Source: an uncultured Acidobacteriota bacterium
Lineage (GTDB): Bacteria > Acidobacteriota > Polarisedimenticolia > Polarisedimenticolales > JAIQFR01
Direction: 5' to 3'
DNA length: 64,000 bases
Assembly (NCBI GenBank): GCA_937864465.1
Contig: CALMJU010000082.1
Location: 41,155-105,154, forward strand
This document shows, piece by piece, positions 58,220-64,000 of the stretch (positions are counted from its first letter, which is position 1; each line of letters starts with the position of its first letter). A program made the translations under genes and the position numbers. The notes under the pieces were generated by a model that was not told where the DNA came from, made no database searches, and saw only the letters and a list, made by a program, of their open reading frames with translations.

Positions 58220-59890
58220 GTGCCTCGCCGGTTGCCGGAGCGAACGGATTTCGTCGTCGTCGGAAGCGGCGTCGCGGGACTGCGCGCGGCGATCTCGCTG
58301 GCCGAGGCGGGCGCCGAGGTCCTCGTCCTCACGAAGGACGCGCCGAGGGACTCGACGAGCGATCGCGCGCAGGGAGGGATCGCCGTCGCGCTGTCCGACG
58401 ACGACGAGATCGCGCTCCACTACGAGGACACGCTGCGGGCGGGCGCCGGCCTGTCGGAGCCGGCCGCGGCGAGGGCGCTCGTCGAGGACGGCCCCAGGCG
58501 GATTCTCGAGCTGATCGAGTGGGGAGCGGAGTTCGACCGGCAGGGAGTGCGCCTCGCGTTCACGCTGGAGGCCGCCCACAGCGCGCGGCGCGTGCTGCAC
58601 GCGGGGGGGGACGCCACGGGGCGCGAGATCGTCCGGGCGCTGCTCGCCAAGTCCTCGACGTACCCGCGGCTGATCGTGGCCGGGGCGAGCGTGGCGCGGG
58701 ACCTCTGGGCACCGGAAGGAGCGTGCCGCGGAGTGTTCTCCCTCGACGAGACCGACGGGGCGACGTGGCTCGTCGAGGCCCGCGCGGTCCTCCTCGCCAC
58801 GGGGGGCGCTTGCCGTGTGTACCGGGAGAACACGAACCCTCCGCAGGCGACCGGCGACGGGATCGCGATGGCCTGGCTCGCCGGCGCGGAGCTGATGGAC
58901 ATGGAGTTCGTGCAGTTCCATCCGACGACGCTTCACGTCCCCGGCCAGCCGCGCTGGCTGCTGACCGAGGCGCTCCGCGGGGAAGGCGGGATCCTCACCG
59001 ACGCGGCCGGGCGCCGCTTCATGAAGGAGTGCCACCCCGACGCGGAGCTCGCCCCGCGGGACGTCGTCAGCCGGGGGATCACGCGCGAGCTCGCGCGGTC
59101 GGGCGAGAGCCACGTCCGCCTGCACGTGTCTCACCTCGATCCGTCCTTCCTGCGGGCGCGCTTCCCGGGGATCGACACGCTGTGCCGGCGCTTCGGAATC
59201 GATTTCACGCGCGATCCGATCCCGGTCGTCCCGGCCGCGCACTACTGCATGGGAGGGGTGCGCACCGATCTCGACGGACGCTCGAGCCTGCCCGGCCTCT
59301 ACGCGGCCGGGGAGACCGCGTGCACGGGGGTGCACGGGGCGAACCGGCTGGCGAGCAACTCGCTCCTCGAGGGGCTCGTGTTCGGCGCGCGAGTCGCCGC
59401 CGCGATGCGGCTCGGCCGCGGCGGGCTCGGAGAGGAGGGGACGCCCGCGGAGCCGCCCCCCGTCGTATCGCGGGAGGTGGCGGCCGAGGTCTCGCGGAGG
59501 GTCGAGGAGATCGCCTGGGAGCGGCTCGGGATCGTCCGGGACGGCGAGGGCCTGGAGGGGGCGGCTCGCGGCCTCGACGCCCTGGCCGGGGCCTGCCTCG
59601 CGCCGGAGGCGAGCCGGGAGGGGATCGAGGCGAGAAACCGCTGGATCGTGGCGCGGGCCATCGCGGACGCGGCGCTGCTGCGCGAGGAGAGCCGCGGGGC
59701 GCACTACCGCGGCGATCGTCCGGCGCCGGACGACGCCCGGTTCCTGGCCCACACGGTGCAGAGGGCTCGCGAGGAGCCGCGGCTCGTTCCGGTCGGGCAG
59801 GGCCCCCTGGGGCTCAGCGAATCGCCCGGAAGCAGCGCTCCCAGCGGGAGCGCGTCACGAAATGGACGATCTTCCCCGCGATCGACTTGA
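58220..59890 (+). CDS. nadB: L-aspartate oxidase
   Basis: GTG 58220 is in frame with track ORF 57752..59890. Motifs present are the FAD motif VVVGSGVAGLRAA, AQGGIAVAL, RLASNSLLEG and ESRGAHYR. The C-terminal ~25 codons overlap lepB on the opposite strand. Confidence 0.92.
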   Translation: MPRRLPERTDFVVVGSGVAGLRAAISLAEAGAEVLVLTKDAPRDSTSDRAQGGIAVALSDDDEIALHYEDTLRAGAGLSEPAAARALVEDGPRRILELIEWGAEFDRQGVRLAFTLEAAHSARRVLHAGGDATGREIVRALLAKSSTYPRLIVAGASVARDLWAPEGACRGVFSLDETDGATWLVEARAVLLATGGACRVYRENTNPPQATGDGIAMAWLAGAELMDMEFVQFHPTTLHVPGQPRWLLTEALRGEGGILTDAAGRRFMKECHPDAELAPRDVVSRGITRELARSGESHVRLHVSHLDPSFLRARFPGIDTLCRRFGIDFTRDPIPVVPAAHYCMGGVRTDLDGRSSLPGLYAAGETACTGVHGANRLASNSLLEGLVFGARVAAAMRLGRGGLGEEGTPAEPPPVVSREVAAEVSRRVEEIAWERLGIVRDGEGLEGAARGLDALAGACLAPEASREGIEARNRWIVARAIADAALLREESRGAHYRGDRPAPDDARFLAHTVQRAREEPRLVPVGQGPLGLSESPGSSAPSGSASRNGRSSPRST

Positions 59891-60515
59891 CGCTCCCCAG
59901 GAGGCTCTCGGGGTTCGCCTCCGCCGACGACTCCGCGTAGGACCACCAGACGAAGAGCGCGCGCCCTTTGAGCAGCGCGCGGGGCACGAATCCCCAGACC
60001 CGGCTGTCGGCCGAGCGGTTCCTGTGGTCGCCCAGGGCGAAGTAGCTGTTGTCGGGAACCCGGCGCGGGCCGAAGGAGTCGGCCGGGCGGTAGTCGCTCC
60101 GGACGTACGGCTCCTCCTGGCGGACCCCGTTGACGTAGAGGTACCCCTGCCGCATCTCGACGGTGTCCCCGGGCAGGCCGACGATCCTCTTGATGTAGTC
60201 GACCTCCGGGGAATCGGGATACTTGAAGACGACGATGTCCCCGCGCCGCACGTCTCGCACGGGGAGGAGGCTCCTCTCCCAGTCGAACGACGTCGGGGCG
60301 TAGACGAAGCGGTTGACCATGATGTAGTCGCCGATGAGCAGCGTGTCCTCCATGGAGCCGCTCGGGATCTTCGACTGCTGGAACGCGAAGGCGCGCGAGA
60401 AGACGACGAAGATGACGCAGACCAGGATCGTCTCCACGTAATCGCGCAGGACCCCCTTCTGGTGCGGGGGTCGATCCTTCCCCTCCGGCGCGGGCGCCCC
60501 GGTCCTGCCTCCCAC
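59814..60515 (-). CDS. lepB: Signal peptidase I
   Basis: In frame with track ORF 59814..61502. The catalytic Ser box is IPSGSMEDTL and the Lys box is YIKRIVGLPGD, plus GDHRNRSADSR. GTG 60515 is favoured as the start (GGGAGG 7 nt upstream); TTG 60522 is the alternative. Confidence 0.9.
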   Translation of the reverse strand: MGGRTGAPAPEGKDRPPHQKGVLRDYVETILVCVIFVVFSRAFAFQQSKIPSGSMEDTLLIGDYIMVNRFVYAPTSFDWERSLLPVRDVRRGDIVVFKYPDSPEVDYIKRIVGLPGDTVEMRQGYLYVNGVRQEEPYVRSDYRPADSFGPRRVPDNSYFALGDHRNRSADSRVWGFVPRALLKGRALFVWWSYAESSAEANPESLLGSVKSIAGKIVHFVTRSRWERCFRAIR

Positions 60516-60517
60516 GG

Positions 60518-61069
60518 TCAAACCTCCCGCACGCCCGCGAGGAAGCTCTCGATCGCCTCGAGCGCCTCCTCGGGCGTGTCGACGACTCGCGCGACGTCGA
60601 ATCGCTCCGGCTCGATCATCCCCTCTTGCGCCAGATGGCGCAGAAGGGGTCGGAACGCGCCTCCGACGATCACGACGGGGCGGAGGCCGAGGCACCCCGC
60701 ACGGTGGAGCGCGAAGAGCCAGAAGAGCTCCGCCAGCGTGCCCGATTTCCCCGGGAGGACGACGAAGCCGTCCGCCCGCTCGACGAGCTGCCGGGTCCTC
60801 TCGTGGAGATCGGCCGTCTCGACGACCTCGGTGAGGAAACGGTTGGGGGCCCGCTCGGGGAAGACCCGGCTGACGATCCCGACGGCCGTCCCGCCGGTCT
60901 CGACCGCCCCGCGGCTCGCGGCCTCCATCACCCCTCCGTACCCTCCCGTGACGATCCGGTACCCCGCCTTCGCGAGAAGCGCTCCCACGCGGCGGGCATC
61001 TTCGTACGGAGGCTCCCCCTCGCGCAGCTCCGAGGAGCCGAAGACCGCGATGGATCGCTCGTTCCCCAT
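60518..61069 (-). CDS. LOG-family / TIGR00725-type Rossmann-fold protein
   Basis: Internal ATG 61069 of track ORF 60518..61117 gives MGNERSIAVFGSS. Motifs present are TGGYGGVMEA and LPGKSGTLAEL. Confidence 0.83.
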   Translation of the reverse strand: MGNERSIAVFGSSELREGEPPYEDARRVGALLAKAGYRIVTGGYGGVMEAASRGAVETGGTAVGIVSRVFPERAPNRFLTEVVETADLHERTRQLVERADGFVVLPGKSGTLAELFWLFALHRAGCLGLRPVVIVGGAFRPLLRHLAQEGMIEPERFDVARVVDTPEEALEAIESFLAGVREV

Positions 61070-61163
61070 GCCTTCCGTCCCCGTCCGGCAGCCCGGCGAC
61101 GGGGAAGCATAGCGCACGCCCCGGGCGCCGTCGAAGGCGGGAGAGCGGGGACGCTCCCCCGCT

Positions 61164-61172
61164 TGCTACAAT
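61164..61172 (+). promoter_or_regulatory. Extended -10 promoter candidate (TGCTACAAT) for the tlpA-like gene
   Basis: TGC+TACAAT at 61164-61172, 62 nt upstream of ATG 61234. Confidence 0.4.
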
Positions 61173-61233
61173 CGGAGGTCCGCCGGCCGGGCGGCGCCAG
61201 GACGGCTCGCGACGGCCGGGGGGAGAGCCTCGC

Positions 61234-61788
61234 ATGGAGCATCGCCGCGGATTCGCGACCGTCGCGCTCCTCGTCTTCGCCCTCGCGGCTTCCGCGTGCG
61301 GGGGGAGGCCCTCGGACGACGGCGGCGCCGGGAAGGCCGCGCCGAAGCCGGCGTCCGGCGCCCTCCGGCCCGCCCCCGATCTCGCGCTCCGGAACCTGGA
61401 GGGGGAGACGGTCCGCCTCTCGGACTTCGCGGGGAAGGTCCGCCTGGTGGATTTCTGGGCGACCTGGTGCGCCCCGTGCCGCGAGGCGATCCCGGGCTTC
61501 AAGGACCTGTACGCGCGCTACCGCGACCGGGGGCTCGAGATCATCGCGATCTCGATGGACGAGGACGGCCCCGCGGTCGTCAAGCCGTTCGTCGAGCGGG
61601 AGAAGATCCCGTACACGAACCTCATGGGGACCGAGGAGGCGGCGGAGGCGTTCGGCGGCGTGCTCGGCCTTCCCGCGACGTTCCTGATCGACGGGAACGG
61701 GATGATCCTCGAGTCCTGGGTCGGCGGCGTGCCGAAGCGGGTCTTCGAGGAGAAGATCCGCGAGGCGCTGGGGGTGGGGCCCGCCTGA
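61234..61788 (+). CDS. TlpA/ResA-like periplasmic thiol:disulfide oxidoreductase (lipoprotein)
   Basis: 184 aa with the lipobox LAASAC and the thioredoxin motif FWATWCAPCREA. Confidence 0.9.
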   Translation: MEHRRGFATVALLVFALAASACGGRPSDDGGAGKAAPKPASGALRPAPDLALRNLEGETVRLSDFAGKVRLVDFWATWCAPCREAIPGFKDLYARYRDRGLEIIAISMDEDGPAVVKPFVEREKIPYTNLMGTEEAAEAFGGVLGLPATFLIDGNGMILESWVGGVPKRVFEEKIREALGVGPA

Positions 61789-61791
61789 CGC

Positions 61792-61956
61792 CTACGGGGC
61801 GCCCGCGCCCCCGGTCCGCGTTTCCGCCCGCCGCTCCAGCCCGTCCAGCCTTCGCCCCACCTTCCTGAGGCCGAGCGCCAGGAAGGCGACGTAGGCGGCC
61901 AGGGCGATCCAGACCACGTTGTAGGCCCAGAACACGAACTCGCAGCTTCGCTCCAC
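61792..61956 (-). CDS. ccmD: Possible heme exporter protein CcmD
   Basis: A 54-codon ORF not in the track, translated by hand: VERSCEFVFWAYNVVWIALAAYVAFLALGLRKVGRRLDGLERRAETRTGGAGAP. It has a single TM followed by a basic tail. The RBS GGGGAGA lies upstream of GTG 61956. It sits just downstream of ccmC. Confidence 0.4.
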   Translation of the reverse strand: MERSCEFVFWAYNVVWIALAAYVAFLALGLRKVGRRLDGLERRAETRTGGAGAP

Positions 61957-62016
61957 GTTCGGTCTCCCCGAGCCGTCCGTCTCCCCCGGGCGGGGAAGAG
62001 CGGCGGCAGATCCGGC

Positions 62017-62706
62017 TCAACGCTCTCCGAGAAGGTCCGACAGATCCCGCGCCCGCTCCCGGAGATCGAGCAGCCTCACGCGGAGGCAGAGGAGCGAGGC
62101 GTAGAGCAGGAAGAAGACGACCAGGCAGAACAAGAACGCGACGAGCATCCCGGGGGCGAGAGCAGCCTCTCGCCCGCGTCCGAAGACCACGGGGTGCTGC
62201 CCGCGCCACCAGTCGACCGCCTTGTAGACGATCGGGACGTCGAGCGCGGCGACGATCCCGAGCACGGCGGCCAGGCGCGCCGCCTGCTCGCGGCTCTCGG
62301 CGTAGCCCCGGACCATGAGGATCGCCGCGAGGAGGAGCCACAGGACGAGCGTCGTGGTGAGCCGGGCCTCCCACGTCCACCAGGCGCCCCAGGCGGACTT
62401 CGCCCAGATCGGTCCCGTGACGAGCACGATCGTGCAGAAGACGAGCCCGATCTCCGTCGCGGCGAGCGCCACGTGGTCCCAGATCCTGCGCCGCGTCGTC
62501 AGATGGGCGACGGAGGCGACGGCGAGCACCAGGACGGAGGCGAACGTTACGGCCGCGGAGGGGACGTGGAAGTAGAAGATGCGCTGCACCGGCCCCATCA
62601 CCTTCTCCTCGGGGGCGTACACGAACGCCATCCACAGGGCCGCCGGCATGAGTGCGGCCGTGGCGAGCAGAAGGGCGGGGCAGGGAAGGCGGCCGGCGGC
62701 TTTCAT
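62017..62706 (-). CDS. ccmC: Heme exporter protein CcmC
   Basis: 229 aa with the WWD-type motif WGAWWTWEARLT and conserved His residues. Confidence 0.93.
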   Translation of the reverse strand: MKAAGRLPCPALLLATAALMPAALWMAFVYAPEEKVMGPVQRIFYFHVPSAAVTFASVLVLAVASVAHLTTRRRIWDHVALAATEIGLVFCTIVLVTGPIWAKSAWGAWWTWEARLTTTLVLWLLLAAILMVRGYAESREQAARLAAVLGIVAALDVPIVYKAVDWWRGQHPVVFGRGREAALAPGMLVAFLFCLVVFFLLYASLLCLRVRLLDLRERARDLSDLLGER

Positions 62707-62725
62707 CGGCGTCGTCTCCGTTCCG

Positions 62726-63439
62726 TCAGTCCTCGAGGACGTGCTCGAAGGTCAGGAGGGCCACGAAGAAGAAGAGCCCGTCGAATCCTGCGGTCACGAG
62801 CATCCAGCGCGACGCGCTCGCGAGGTCGCTCCCGTCGAGCACCGCGGACGTGCACCGGACGGCCGCGATGAGCACAGGGGAGGCGGCGGGGAAGAGCAGC
62901 GTGGCCAGGAGCGCTTCCCCCCGGCCGACGCGGGCCGCCACGGCGGCGAACAGCGTCCCGAGCTCCGCCAGGCCGATCGTGTGGAGGCCGACGACGAGCA
63001 GCATCGGCCCGAGGACCGCGAGGAGGTCGTAGTCGAAGAAGACCGCGGAGAGCGGGAGGACCAGGGCCTCGAGCGCCAGGAGGGCGGCGAGATTGGCGAG
63101 CGCCTTCCCCGCGAACAGGGCGCCCCGGTCCACGGGGGCGAGCAGGAGGGCGGTCAGGGAATCGCGGCGCCGCTCGATCTGGAACGACCTCGCGAAGCCG
63201 ACGATTCCCGAGAACGAGAACGTGATCCAGAGGACGCCGGGCACGAGTCGCGCGGCGCCGAGGCGGCGCACCGTCGAGAGATCGAATGCGAAGTTGAAGA
63301 CGACGAGGACGATCAGGGAGAAGAGGGCCATCGCGGAGAGGGCCTCGAGGGTCCTCCACTCGAGGCGGAGGTCCTTGGCGGCGACGGCGAGAGCGCCGCG
63401 GAGGAAGCCCGGTCCGGCGGGCGCGCCGGGGGCTCTCAC
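62726..63439 (-). CDS. ccmB: Heme exporter protein CcmB
   Basis: GTG 63439 forms a GTGA overlap with the ccmA stop and is in frame with track ORF 62726..63571. It is a six-TM protein with the typical FSFSGIVGFARSF and LLFPAASPVLIA segments. Confidence 0.9.
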   Translation of the reverse strand: MRAPGAPAGPGFLRGALAVAAKDLRLEWRTLEALSAMALFSLIVLVVFNFAFDLSTVRRLGAARLVPGVLWITFSFSGIVGFARSFQIERRRDSLTALLLAPVDRGALFAGKALANLAALLALEALVLPLSAVFFDYDLLAVLGPMLLVVGLHTIGLAELGTLFAAVAARVGRGEALLATLLFPAASPVLIAAVRCTSAVLDGSDLASASRWMLVTAGFDGLFFFVALLTFEHVLED

Positions 63440-64000
63440 GCGACGGCTCCCGGAGAGCGCGGCTTGCCGACGCGCAGGAAGTACTCCCGCTCGAGGGCCG
63501 CGCGGTCCGTCTCCTCGGAGCGCCCGCGGGCGGCGATCCTTCCGGCGGACAGGATCGTCCAGCGCTCGCACAGCTCGAGCCCCTCGGCGAGGCTGTGGGT
63601 GACGAGGAACAGCGTCCGCCCCTCGCTCCGGATCCTGCCGAGGGCGGCCCGGAAGAGCGAGGCGGCGTGGGGGTCGAGGCCGGTGAACGGCTCGTCGAGG
63701 AAGACGATCTCAGGGTCGTGGACGAGGCACCGGGCGAGAGCGAGGCGCTGCTGCATCCCGCGCGAGAAGGTTCCCGCGGGATCGTCGGCGCGCTCGCCGA
63801 GGCCGACCGAGGCGAGCAGGGCGTCGGCGCGTTCTCTCGCGTCGCGGAGACCGTGCATCCGCGCGAAGAACACGAGGTTCTCCCTCGCCGAGAGGTCGTC
63901 GTAGAGAAACGTCTGGTGCGAGATCAGGCCCAGGATCCGCCGGGACCGCAGCTCGTCTTCGCGGGGGTCCCTGCCCGCGATCCGGAGCGTTCCCGACGTC
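63436..64000 (-). CDS. ccmA: Heme ABC exporter ATPase CcmA (N-terminus beyond window)
   Basis: The reading frame stays open to the window edge. It has the ABC signature FSRGMQQRLALAR and Walker B IVFLDEPFTGLD. The track lists only the internal-Met version 63436..63873. Confidence 0.9.
   Translation of the reverse strand, partial: TSGTLRIAGRDPREDELRSRRILGLISHQTFLYDDLSARENLVFFARMHGLRDARERADALLASVGLGERADDPAGTFSRGMQQRLALARCLVHDPEIVFLDEPFTGLDPHAASLFRAALGRIRSEGRTLFLVTHSLAEGLELCERWTILSAGRIAARGRSEETDRAALEREYFLRVGKPRSPGAVA

Noticed and set aside
1-64000. A search for tRNA/rRNA/tmRNA genes, CRISPR repeats, IS elements, integrases, prophage or toxin-antitoxin or defence-island signatures.
   Set aside because: I saw no T-loop-like GGTTCGAATCC motifs, regularly spaced repeats, terminal inverted repeats, or transposase/integrase/RT-like translations in any frame. 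The absence is based on visual inspection only.

Overview
High-GC (roughly 70% by eye) bacterial chromosomal window with Gram-negative features: a secretin, lipobox lipoproteins and Ccm system I. I support about 65 protein-coding genes, tightly packed and often joined by 1-4 nt start/stop overlaps. I found no rRNA, tRNA, CRISPR array, transposase or integrase. Layout: (1) 1-12.9 kb is a hybrid type II secretion / type IV pilus-like locus. It runs from an ECF sigma / anti-sigma pair through a secretin-N protein, GspF, GspE, PilM/N/O/P-like proteins and an unusual three-module secretin to GspG-like pseudopilins and an Ig/PKD lipoprotein. (2) 13-21 kb is housekeeping: M16 peptidase, dut, MBL hydrolase, purB/F/M/N, radC. 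(3) 21-27.7 kb holds a GT-C-like membrane protein followed by small ORFs, then tyrS, a nitrilase-family hydrolase, DUF4139, and an orphan secreted protein behind a near-consensus sigma-54 promoter. (4) 27.8-44.8 kb holds two tandem, diverged minus-strand operons for group-3c-type [NiFe] hydrogenases (MvhADG-like) with heterodisulfide-reductase-like partners. One is a canonical soluble hdrCBA-mvhDGA set. The other replaces HdrBC with a QmoC-like FeS/membrane protein, carries two domain-complementary HdrA paralogs, and also carries hypAB. This second operon is my top candidate for an undescribed membrane-coupled hydrogenase/Hdr-Qmo hybrid. (5) 45-64 kb holds folB-queD-folE, SpoIID/SPOR, miaA-hfq, a PilT with a coiled-coil tail, mutS2, an operon of SPOR protein / MA-peptidase-like / DUF4388-J-domain-TPR / NYN, then nadB, lepB, LOG, tlpA and ccmDCBA. 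All calls rest on reading the supplied translations and the DNA by eye; no database search was run. The many long Arg/Pro/Gly-rich antisense or off-frame ORFs in the track are treated as high-GC artefacts.
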